Part shown: in pieces, positions 25,652 through 37,406 of the stretch | Numbering within the stretch: the stretch's first letter is position 1 | Layout: each line of letters starts with the position of its first letter | NCBI GenBank assembly: GCA_963693365.1 | Contig: CAVNZM010000007.1 | Coordinates: 11,033,962-11,097,961, forward strand | Direction of reading: 5' to 3' | DNA length: 64,000 nt | Origin: Amoebidium appalachense | Lineage: Eukaryota > Protista > Ichthyosporea | Program-made: the position numbers and the translations under genes | Notes under the pieces: generated by a model | Seen by the model: only the letters and a program-made list of their open reading frames with translations | What the model was told of the DNA's origin: nothing | The model's database searches: none

Positions 25652-26577
25652 GGGTTATGGGCCCCTCACGTAATGATTCCATCAAGTTCAAGGTCGACAT
25701 CCCTCTCTTCACTGGCATTGATAATGATTCAGGCACGGACTACCACACATGGGCCGAAACCATGTATGTCCAGCTTTCTGGTGCTGGTCTTCTCCACACC
25801 ATCGCGCCCAGTACGGAGCACCCGGCTACCCGTGAACAGGTCGACACTGCCCGTTCCTACCTGTGGCAAGCACTCTCGGTTGACGTGCGTTGTATCCTAG
25901 GGTTAACACGCACCACCACACCTGCGGAGATATGGTCGGCCCTATCTGCCCACTACCTGGAGCAATCTGAGGCCAATCAGTACGACCTTATCGGGCTGTA
26001 CATGAATTCTACGCCTGAACCTACGGACACCGCGACGAAATACGCCATGAAACTCCGCGGCTACGTGCGGCGCCTGGCCGATTACGGCACACAAATTGGT
26101 GATGCTCAAGTGCTGACCAAGCTCACCAACGACCTCGGCAAGGTGCCTTACTACGAAATGCCTGTAATTGCCTACAAGATGACACCCAAGCCTACCGTGA
26201 TGGGCCTCCTCCAACAGCTACGGGCATATGAGACCAGCCACCCACGTGCACGTGTGACTACCAGCTCCGGGCCGGCCGCCTTCACCACACGGGCTCCTCA
26301 ACCTGTCATCTGCCACGGCTGCGGCAAACCAGGCCACATCAAGTCTCAGTGCCCCAACGGCAACGGCCAACACAGCAACTCTGGCAACAACCGTGCCAGC
26401 ACCTACCCCAAGGGTTCCTGCGTCAACCACCCACTGTCTACCAGTCACACTACCGCCATGTGCAAGGGGGGCAACCGTGCCAACGGCCGCAAACCTAAGG
26501 GTGGTCCCCTCCCGCCTGGGTCCTGCATCAACCACCCTGCCTCTACTACCCACACTACGGCACAGTGCAAGGGGGGG
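25516..26577 (+). CDS. gag: Copia gag (starts inside the LTR); one CCHC knuckle plus two CHHC-type motifs
   Basis: ORF from 25516 with UBN2-like gag features (F.G..YHTWAETM; TPAEIWSAL..HY) and CHGCGKPGHIKSQC. The frame as assembled runs on to a stop at 26724. Confidence 0.9.
25653..25664 (+). other. Primer-binding site GGTTATGGGCCC (half-tRNA-iMet, copia/hemivirus type)
   Basis: Begins 1 nt after the 5' LTR and matches the Drosophila copia-type PBS, which pairs with the tRNAi-Met anticodon stem-loop rather than with CCA. Confidence 0.85.
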
Positions 26578-29500
26578 CTGCCGCTCCCCGGGCTTTCCTC
26601 ATGTCTAGCAACGACTGTGGCACCAACAAGGTGCTCCTCGACTCTGGAGCCACTGACCATGTGTGCCCCCGGCCCGATGTGTTCATCAACATGCGTGCGG
26701 CGCCTTACTTCACGGTCCAAGTAGCCGACAAGGGTGCATGTGCAGTGCTTGGGGTGGGCGACGTGTTCTTTTCCAGCACCATCGACGGCGTTACTGCGGT
26801 GCATCAGCTGACGGATGTACTCTACGTGCCCTCCATCCCCGACACTCTCATCAGTGTGTTCACGGCAACTACCAACGGTGTTTTACCCCGCTTTGACACC
26901 CGCGGCGGCGTTAAGTTGTGCTACGGCGATCAAATTCTGGCCACCGGCTCGGCTGTCGGCACCAAGCTGTACCACATGGCGGTGTCTCTTCTGCGCGCGG
27001 ACACAACCCCGGACGCCCAAACCACCACTGCTCCGCGTATCCTCAAGGTTACTGCCGACCTCAACACGTGGCACTACCGTCTGGGCCATGCTGGCATTGA
27101 CGCTGTACGCTCGGTCATCAAGTCTGCAGGCCTGTTGGTGGGTGGCGGTGCCAAGTCTCCGGGTGTGTGTGAGCCCTGTGCCCTCGGCAAAGCCCACCGT
27201 GTTGCCTTCTCCGAATCAACTAGCCAAGCTCCCCGGGTCCTAGCCAAGGTTCACAGCGACATCAGCGGCCCCTTCCCTCCCGCGATCGGTGGTGCTCAGT
27301 ACTTGGCGACGTTCCACGACGAATTCACCGGCCACACCACGGCCGTGCCCCTCGTCAAGAAGTCGGACACACTGGCTGCATATGTGACGTACCACAAGGC
27401 GGCGGTTACCCAACACGGTGTTCCCATGCAGGTGTTTCAGTCCGACGGGGGGGGGCGAGTACATGGGCACGGCCTTCGGGGACTACAACCGTGAGCATGG
27501 CATTCGCCATCAGATCACTACCACCGGCTCTCCTCAACAGAATGGGACTGCCGAACGACTGAACCGGACCCTCCTCGACATGGTTCGGGCACTCCTGCAG
27601 CAGTCCGGCCTTCCGGTGGGATTCTGGGCCGAGGCAGCTGTGACCGCGGCTTTTATACGCAACATGCTCCCGTCGCGAGCCACCGGCAGCCAATCGTCTC
27701 CCGCCCTGCTGTGGACCGGCATTCCTCCCGACTACAGCCGGCTCCGTGTCTGGGGCTCTCCCTGCTACGTCCATCAACAGGATACACCGAAACTGGCGCC
27801 TCGTGCCGTCAAGGGCATCTTCGTGGGCTACCCTCCTAACATCAAGGGCTACAAGGTCTGGATTCCAGCAGCACACAAGATGACCGTCAGCCGTGACGTG
27901 CAGTTCGACGAGGCTGCTATTCTGCACCCCCTCCGTGATGTCCCATCTGATTGGTCGACCGCACCGGCAATTCATCATTTTTTGGAGTCATCTGATTCGT
28001 CAAATCAGCCAGCCAATCACATCGTCCGGAATGATCAGCAATCTGATTCGTCTCGTCTGTCAGCCAATGGGACAGCGCCGAGTGATCAATTGGACATTCC
28101 GATCCTGCCCGAGCCTGCACATCGGCTCCCCCGGACGACCCGTAGTGGCGCTGTGTACAACGACCAACGTCGAGGCCCGACTGCCAACGTGGCTGCTGCT
28201 ACGGCCCCCCTTGCCCCCCAGGCTACGGCTCCTGCATCAACACCCATCAAGGCTTCCACCATTGTTGTCCCCAAGACTGTCCGGGCTGCACTCAAGAGTC
28301 CCCAGCGTCTGAAATGGGAGGAGGCTGCACACCGTGAGCTCAAGGCCCTGGAAGACAACGGCACCTTCACCCTTGTGCCCCGTCCAGAGGATGGCTCCAC
28401 TGTCATTCCGGTCGGCTGGGTCTTTACGGTCAAGCAGGACAACGTCGGCAACGTCACTGCTTTCAAGGCCCGGCTTGTGGCCCGGGGCAACTACCAGCAG
28501 CCTGGCCAGGACTATTTCGTCACCGAGTCACCTGTGGCTGCGCTGGCTACCATCCGGCTGGTTTTGGCTACCTCCGTGGCCCAAGGTCTGCCTCTGCGCC
28601 ACATCGACGTCAACACAGCATTCCTCAACGGCACCGTCAACGAGACCATCTACATTGAGCAGCCCCCTGGCTTCGTCAACCCCTCGGCCCCCCATGCTGT
28701 CGGCTTGCTCCACAAGGCGCTCTACGGCCTAAAACAGGCACCGCGCCAGTGGTATGAGGCCCTCCGTGACCATCTCCTCGACCAAGGCTTCATTGTGAGT
28801 GCTGCTGACCCGTGCCTGTTCATCAAGAATGCCGGGACCCCAACGTTTATTGCCCTTGCTGCCTACGTGGATGACTTCACCGTGACGGCCGCCACTGATG
28901 CGCTCATCGACGATTTTTTTCACCAAGCTGGATGCTCGTTTCTCTGCCAAGGACCTGGGTCGTCCTACCCTGCTCATCGGGCACACTCTTACCTGGCTGG
29001 AGGACGGGTCTCTGCGTCTGGGCCATCGTCAACACATCATCGACTTGGCTGCCCGTTTTCGTCTCACCCACATGTCCGGCACCAAGACCCCCATCGTCCC
29101 GGGCCAGGCCAGTGAAAGCAACAAGACCCCAGCCTACAGCAAGAAGGAGGACTATGCCAGCCTGGTCGGTGCCCTGCTGTGGATTGCGCGTACCACCCGC
29201 CCCGACATTTCCCAGGCTCTGGGAGTCCTTACTCGACACATTCATGCGCCCACCGTCACCCACTGGACTATGGCTACCAGAGTTGTAAGCTACCTGCTGG
29301 CCACCATCGACCTGGGTATTGTCTACCGTCCCGGCCCCCCCAACCTTGTTGGCTACTCCGACTCCGACTACGCCGAGGACCGCGACACCCGGCGCTCCAC
29401 CACGGGCTATGTCTTCTTCATCAACTCCTCCCCTGTGTCCTGGGTGTCTCGGCTCCAGTCCATCACCACCCACAGCTCCACTGAGGCTGAATTTGTGGCC

Positions 29501-29815
29501 ATGTCTGCTGCTACGAACGAGGCCCTATGGCTCAACTATGTGATGGACGACCTGGGCCTTAATCCTATCAATGAGCCCACCCCGGTGCCCATCCATGGGG
29601 ACAATGAGTCTGCCCGGGCCCTGCTGGACACCCTGGGGGTTAAGCCCAAGACCAAGCACATCGACGTCCGCTACTGCTCCGTCAAGGAACATCACCTGCT
29701 GGGCAACATCACTGTGGTCCCGGTGGCTTCTGCTGACAACAAGGCCGACATGTTCACCAAGGCCCTGTCTGCCTCTTTCTTCACCAAGGCCGTGGGGATG
29801 CTCAACATGTGCTGA
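26577..29815 (+). CDS. pol: Copia pol (protease, integrase, reverse transcriptase, RNase H), split across three frames at homopolymer runs
   Basis: Motifs: LLDSGATDH; WHYRLGH...CEPC; VHSDISGP, SDGGGEY, PQQNGTAER; FKARLVARG, HIDVNTAFLNG, KALYGLKQAPRQW, YVDD; GYSDSDYA, SSTEAEF, KHIDVRY, ADMFTKAL. Confidence 0.95.
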
Positions 29816-29988
29816 GCACCCGTCATCAACCAACTGCGCCCTCATACTTCAGGGGGGGGGAGAGAGTTGCATCCGACTGTGCAACTACGTGTACCATACT
29901 AAAATTGAGTAGGGGAATCTTTATTGTCTGTATTTTGTGCACCTGAAGCACTCGAGCTCAGTTGCATTAATTCATACCACAATTATCC

Positions 29989-30001
29989 AATTGAGTAGGG
30001 G
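29989..30001 (+). other. Polypurine tract
   Basis: aattgagtagggg immediately before the TG of the 3' LTR. Confidence 0.8.
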
Positions 30002-30768
30002 TGTTGGAGTACACTGGTACTCCCGGCTAGCAATGTCTGTTAGAGAAAGTTTTCTGAGCAATTGAATAACTGTTTCAACACTCACTCGAGTGCATAGAGC
30101 TTTTGTTTACGGTCATATTCATATATGGTAGTTATATGTTTGAGCCAAAACTGTACCAATGACGAGCTTCACTAGCAACGTGCTAATTGTGCTCTCTTTT
30201 CGGCTATTCCCGGTTCAGATGATGTCATGTCTATATTTGCCACAGGATTCTATTCTTAGAGTGGTAGTGTGCTTTATTCCCGGATATTCTCAGAATATTT
30301 TTAGTTGTGTGAAGCAAGATTTACGTTTAACTGCAATTGGTGTGTTAAACACGTTTATTTGTGTGCTTTAGTGCAAGTTAACTAGCCACTCAACGTGCAC
30401 AGTTAACTTTTATATCTTTAACGACTTGTTTTCATTGTGCTCTCTTTTCGGCCATGCTGTACATGGCCCACCACCAGGGTGCACACGAGGCCACCATGAG
30501 GTGGCCAACGACTATATAAAGCAGTGCCTCCCATGTCACAAACATGGGAAGCAGAACGTTTGATTTACACTTTTCTACTGTCGTTTCCAGTGCACAAAAC
30601 ACATAGACTAGTTACCCATCATACACGACACTATGTCTGACAACTTACAGTTGCAGCAACTAGTCCAACTACTGGAGCAGAGGTTGGCCTCACAAGATGC
30701 AATCATTTCTGACTTACAGAAGGAACAACGTGCACTAGAACTAGCTTCTATGAACACAATGTCCAACA
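30002..30768 (+). repeat. 3' LTR
   Basis: Direct repeat of 24885-25651, followed by TSD CTTAC. Confidence 0.97.
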
Positions 30769-31588
30769 CTTACACCATACAGATTTTTATGTGGAGATAT
30801 AACCGTATCAGATATATCGATAGACATCGTATGTGGAGATATAACGGTTTTTTTAATTTTTTAAATAATATATATATATTTCTAATATTCACACATTAGC
30901 CCGTATTTTAAGACTGTATTACATTTATGTCCAGATAATCCATACACTTTTGAAATAGTAGAAACTCGCCAGAGATAAGTATGAAATCAAGCAAGGTTAA
31001 ATTCGGTAGGTCTTTCACTGTGTCATGTGTATGGGCCCGGGTAAACCGGGTGTCTACCACCTACAGAGGCGGTGTCTCCTTTCTTTTTTTTTTTCTTCTT
31101 TTTTTTCCTTTACTTAAAAGGGACCTGAGCGCCCGCCTGAGTAGGTGTATAACGTCGCACGTGCGGCAACACGTCAGTACGTGTTAAGAGAAAAAAAAAA
31201 AGGCAACTCGTATACAAACTGATCTATTAGAGATTTACCCACACGCTCACTATTACACATACATCTGGGGAGCAGTTCCCTACCCTTTGCATATTCACAC
31301 AGCTGTTCTGAACGATAATTATACAGGAAACGATCTACTAAACACAGTCCCGGTAAGTGCAAGCTGTCATCTGGTCTATCTTCCGCCGGAATAGCACGCC
31401 ACACAAAGTACTCCTTCACAATCGAGAGGGATTGGTATTGGGGGAAAAGAGGGTGTGTGGATTGGGATTGGAGGGGAGGAGAGGGGGGAAGAGCAGAGGG
31501 GGAGAGGACGAGATCAGAGAGAGAGAAAAGGGGGTAGGACTTTGGTAATCGCCAAAAAAACATTGGTAAGCCCCTCGATTGCGCACCT

Positions 31589-31620
<32 letters not shown>

Positions 31621-31694
31621 CCCTCCCCTCCCCTCCCTCCCTCCCCCGGAAGTCGCTGTGTGAAGTTGTTCTTTGGCGCGCAGATCTGTGCTCT

Positions 31695-31930
31695 GAGTTA
31701 GTGGCCGGGTGCCAGGCCTAGGATCCGGAAGTGGGTGAGGGGCCGGCCGACTCGAGCTCCGAGGGGCCCGGAGGGCCCGCGGCCGGTCCGGAGGGGCCCC
31801 GATAGGCAAGAAGGGTGGAGGGGGGGGGGGGGGGGGGGGGGGGGGGAGGAGGGAGGGGGGTACACGTGCACGCATCAGGCGGGATGGTGTGACCCTATAA
31901 AATAGGGCGAGTCCCGCGGTTGAACGCCAA
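31695..31930 (+). promoter_or_regulatory. CpG-dense segment plus TATA box (TATAAAA at ~31896); putative promoter with no protein gene downstream
   Basis: Very GC/CpG-rich 31695-31805, CACGTG at ~31863, and ccctataaaataggg at 31893-31907. Confidence 0.4.
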
Positions 31931-32607
31931 TTTGAAAATTTTTGGTAAAATTTTGCATGTTTTCGCGCTCAAGATCGGTGCTTTGGGACTTCTCGACACC
32001 GTGCTGTTTTATCACGAGTACATGCATAAGTAGGGGCTACAGCTAACTGTGTGTGTGTGTGTGTGTTGGGGGGGGGGGGGGGGGGGGCTGTACCATTCCC
32101 TTGGACAATCTTTGGGAAATCGCTCAAAAAGTTGTGGTAATTTCCAAATGGTAATATCGAACTCTGAGCCAACTCATGACTCAGCCCTGAGTCTCCCTCT
32201 GGCAGTGGGCCAGAAGAATCATGCGCAGTGCACATGTACAGGCAAGGTAATAAATAACGATCTTTTCGCCGGAATAATGCCTAACTGACACCAATTCAGT
32301 GTTACACCGTCATACGTACATACTTATCATGACTAGTACTGAATTTGTTTTTCTTTTATGGCCGCTGGAGAATGTAGAAGTTGCCTGGCCATGGGATAGT
32401 CACTTCCATATGTGGCTCATCATTCAGGCCGAGATATTATTATATTATAGATAATATTACAATTAGCTACAATAGATGGATAGATAGTAGTAGTGGTGTT
32501 ACTGGCAAGTGGCTCGTTTCATCAGGCAACCCCCCTACAGCTTCAGTTAGTGGTCGAGAGTCACGCGCGTTTTCTTCGTATGCCCAGTTAGCTGCTGAAG
32601 TTTCCTG

Positions 32608-32914
<307 letters not shown>

Positions 32915-33934
32915 GAGATGTGTCCCCCCAACCCCCTCTTCTCCCCCCCCCCCCCCCCCTTCTCCATGGGCCCCGGCGAGTTCTCAGCCCACTCTCTCTC
33001 CATGTTGGTGCGCACCGGATACCATTATTATTTCTGTGTTCACGTGGATATCAGTACAGAGTCGATATTGTGCTGTTCTTCTCCGCTTACTGTCATCGTA
33101 TGATCGTGGGTTTGATTATCAATTTGATTGGCTACTTGTGCCACCACACTATTACAGTGTCGGCTCTCGGGAAATACGTGGGTCCTTTTGGACTCAATAC
33201 GATACATATTTCATGCAGAAGAATATACTCTACTTAACTTACATAGAAGCAGGCCCTGGTCGTTCCTTTTGTCCACATTAAAAAATGGACTTGAATGCCG
33301 CTTACCTAATTTCAGTGCAAATAGTAAACGTGCTGCCACGCATAATAAGGTCGGAAAGGCGCAATACAGAGTCGGTGGTGCTTAAATCGAGGTGTGTAAA
33401 GACCGCAGGGAGCAGAGGAACCCAGTGGCTGCAGTTGCATTCCATTCTGCATAAATCCTGGGTGCTGGGAATAAAATATGTGTGGAATCCTCTTAGTGGA
33501 ACTCGACACAACATCAGCTTGACTATGATTTTGAAGGCACATTAAGACTTCAAAACGTGTGGCCCTGTGTGTGCATGTTGACCTCAAGCTCTCGGAAGCT
33601 ATGGGGTTTAGAGTACATACCCCGCCCCCCCCCTCCCCCCCCCCCCCTCCCCCCCCTCCCCCCCCCCCCCCCCCCCCCCCTGGACCTCTCTATCTCCCTA
33701 CTCGACACGGTCTGGCACACATACTACTCCCTCTTACTTGTAAAAACTCTTCTAAAAGTTTTCTCGTGCGATTGCTACCTTTGACACCAACGGCCAACCA
33801 AACTGTGGATTCTTTTTGCAGGGGCATAGTGAACCACAGAACTTGATGCATTAATAGGACACTGCCTGCAGTTGTGGCTGATGATTGCGTGGCACATACT
33901 GCTGGATCTGGTGGGACACTCAACTGAGTGCCCT

Positions 33935-34336
33935 GAGGGGTCACCCGCAACCGGTAAATATATATAAATATTATGATATATTATATACTATATACAAATA
34001 TATCAATGGCATGATGATATATCATATATATATATATGTAAATATATAAAATATATGCCATATATATGTTAAAGTATACCGATTCAATGATTATGACTAT
34101 ATGGAAATATCATGATAAAAGTGAGTAATATTAATATTATAAACTTTGTAGTACATAAAAACATGCAAATAACATTTGTATGAAGCTCTGCACCGGGTTC
34201 GAAGTTGCTGCAGGCTCGTGATCGAGAATGGCACAGCCTGTGCCACTCTTGACTGGTATATGCAACTCAACCAGTATGCCCCAATATATATGCGCGATAT
34301 ACGAGATGATATCGGGCTATGATAAATATATACTAA

Positions 34337-34393
<57 letters not shown>

Positions 34394-34483
34394 AAAGTTA
34401 CACAAATATCATATGATACAAATATAAATATATATAGCCTATACTAATATATATAAATATATACAGGTTGCGGGCGACCCCTC
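33935..34483. mobile_element. MITE with ~38-bp TIRs, AT-rich interior and apparent 3-bp TSD (CCT)
   Basis: Left end gaggggtcacccgcaaccggtaaatatatataaatatta; reverse complement of right end gaggggtcgcccgcaacctgtatatatttatatatatta. CCT flanks both sides (33932-33934, 34484-34486). Confidence 0.85.
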
Positions 34484-35070
34484 CCTGGGTACAAACTGAA
34501 ACTAAACACAAACTACATAGATGTGGCTGGTCGTGCCTTGCAGGTTAGTGTACCTTGCGTGTGCCGTTTCAATGGTATAAAAGAAAAATTGTGGGGTGGC
34601 TAAACTTTTTGTGAGTGTTTGGATAAGCCTTTAAAAAATCATGACTGATGCTATTGTGGGTGTGAGTTTCATGTTGTCAGGAGGGAGGGCGGGGGGGGGG
34701 GGGGGGGGGGGGGGGAGCCTCAGGGAGAGGGGATAAGAGCAGAGGGAGGGGAGACGGGACGATGGAGGGTAAGGGGGCAAAGAATAAACAATGAGGGAGG
34801 GGTCAGGGGAGGGGGGGGGGGAGGGGGGGGGGAATAGGAGGACAGGAGTAGAGGGAGGCCGGAGGGAGGAGGGAGCCGAATCTTCGAAGAAAGAATAAGG
34901 GAGGCAGGCAAGGAGGAGGGGGGGAGGGCAGGGGAAGGGGGGGATGGGGAGGAGGGGGGGGGAGAAGTGAGAGACGGGCGGGGGGGAGGGGGGGGGGAGC
35001 AAGTGAGTGAGTGAGAGAGGAGGAGAGAGGGATAGGGGGGAGGACTAGAGATGGGGGGGGGGGGGGGGGG

Positions 35071-35205
<135 letters not shown>

Positions 35206-35364
35206 CTCGGACTTCGGCAATTCAATCATTATGCAACCTAATTTTTTTGGTTGTCTGTAGGGGGTAGGCCCCGGGGAAGGAGGGGAGGGTGTGTGTGTGT
35301 GTGTGTTGAGGGAGGGGGTCACAGTTTTGTGCCACGTCAAAATTTCGTAGTTCGAGTGTTTCTC

Positions 35365-36005
35365 AAGTTAATCACTACATTCAATGAACAGGTCTTACTC
35401 AAATACGTTAGGTATACTACTTTAGGTTTTGGGTTGGATGGTTTCTGTGGGTGTGTTTCGGATTAGAATTTGAGGATGTGGATAGCGGTGTTGGTGCTGG
35501 GTGGGGTTGCGCTCATTTTCAACCATGAGAGTGTGGGCGCCCAGTCCTTATCACTTTGCATGCCACGTGTGCATGCAACGGCTTAGCCTTTGGTCTGCGC
35601 ACCCATCCGACATCTGCACGGCATGAGGTTTATGTTGGATGGGATGATCGGAGGTTTGATTGTGGGACAGATGTAATAAATTGCAGGTTTGGATTGGTGG
35701 GAGGCATATCTACAATGAAAATGAGAGGCCACCTGCAGTCTGATGCAACGTACCTACTGCACTGAACAGCATGGAAGGAACTAATATGGTATTTATTTAC
35801 GCTACAAATCCCCCCCCCCCCCCCCCTCCCCCCCCCCCCCCCCTTCCCCCCCCCCGCCCCTAAGGCCATATAACACTGTGATACATATGTTGGTTTGAAA
35901 TTTGTGTGTTGTATGCTCCGAGCCATGTAGTTTGGTGCAACATGTCTCTTGGAACGGTCAAAATCATGTATTAGGAAAAACCGTGCATCTGGCATGGTAG
36001 GTGGA
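35365..36005 (+). repeat. Hairpin cassette copy 1
   Basis: Collinear with 36610-37295 and 39900-40565. Shared blocks: caatgaacagg, tgggcg, tgcatgcc...tgcatgca, tgYtggatggga, gattgtggga, ataaattgca, tgaaca, gtgcaacat, ccgtgcat. Confidence 0.85.
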
Positions 36006-36151
36006 AGGCTGCGGGTTGATGGGGGAGGAGCTGGAGGGGGAGGGGGGGGGGGGGGGGGGAGGGGGGGGGAGGTTATCAGCGATTGTCAAAAGTTTTTGAG
36101 TGTGTGTGGCGGGTAGGCCCGGGCGAAGGGGGGGTGGCAAGGGGGGGTTCT

Positions 36152-36383
<232 letters not shown>

Positions 36384-36522
36384 CTTGGCAAATTTTAAGT
36401 TTTTCTGGGTGTGTGTGGGGGATGGGCCACGGGGGATGGGAGGGAGGGGGGAGGGGGTCTCAGTTTCTGCACTCCGTGACGTTTCATTGTCACTTTCCTT
36501 AAAGGTAACCTTTTGTTCTTAT

Positions 36523-36555
<33 letters not shown>

Positions 36556-36609
36556 GGCAGGGGCTTGTTTGTGGGTGAAAATTCCGTGGCTGTGTGTTCA
36601 AGTCATGAA

Positions 36610-37124
36610 AGTTTATCAGTGCATCCAATGAACAGGTTGTATTCACACGTTAATTAATTATGAAGTCAATAATGCTATCGATTTCGGGTAGGATTGTGAG
36701 GTGGATGTGTTTGGGATCAGTGTTTGAGTAGCTGATACAATAGCAATGTTGGTGCTGATGTGGCGTGTGAGCTCGATTTGCCATGGGAGTGTGGGCGACC
36801 ATCAGTTCATCACCCTCACGTAAGGCAGCACTTAATGACTCTGTGAATCATTAGCAAACCAGAAACGCCAATGCATGCCACGTGTCACAGTGCATGCAAC
36901 AGCTGAGCCTTGGTCTGGTCGTCCACCCGACAGCTGCACATCTCTCGATTTCTGTTGGATGGGACTTTGGGAGTTGATTGTGGGAAAGGCATAAATTGCA
37001 CAGACCAGGTTTCTATTGGTGGCAGAAACATATCTACAACCGCTTTGAGAGGCTACCTGCAGTCTGTTGCCAACCTACTGCAGTGAACAGCATGGAAGGA
37101 ACTCCTATTGATTATTGAAGCAAG

Positions 37125-37163
<39 letters not shown>

Positions 37164-37295
37164 CCCCGAACACCATATATAATATGATGATCACTGATAT
37201 GCCATAGTTTTGTGTGTTGCCGTACTCTTTTGGTTTCGTGCAACATGACTGTAGTGTCCTGTATAGGAAAACCGGTGCATTTGGGATGGTAGGAT
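36610..37295 (+). repeat. Hairpin cassette copy 2
   Basis: Same blocks in the same order as copy 1, with two insertions. Confidence 0.85.
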
Positions 37296-37308
37296 GGGGT
37301 TGGGGGAG

Positions 37309-37344
<36 letters not shown>

Positions 37345-37355
37345 GGGGGGGGTAA

Positions 37356-37406
<51 letters not shown>

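Larger units (their letters stand above)
24885..30768 (+). mobile_element. Full-length Ty1/copia LTR retrotransposon
   Basis: Two 767-bp LTRs (TGTTGGA...TCCAACA), 5-bp TSD CTTAC (24880-24884 and 30769-30773), PBS, PPT, and domain order gag-PR-IN-RT-RNaseH. Confidence 0.98.

Noticed and set aside
31705-31805. Polylinker or vector contamination (dense restriction sites)
   Set aside because: The sites overlap within GC-rich sequence, the flanks have the genome's typical poly-G/C tracts, and no vector backbone is adjacent.
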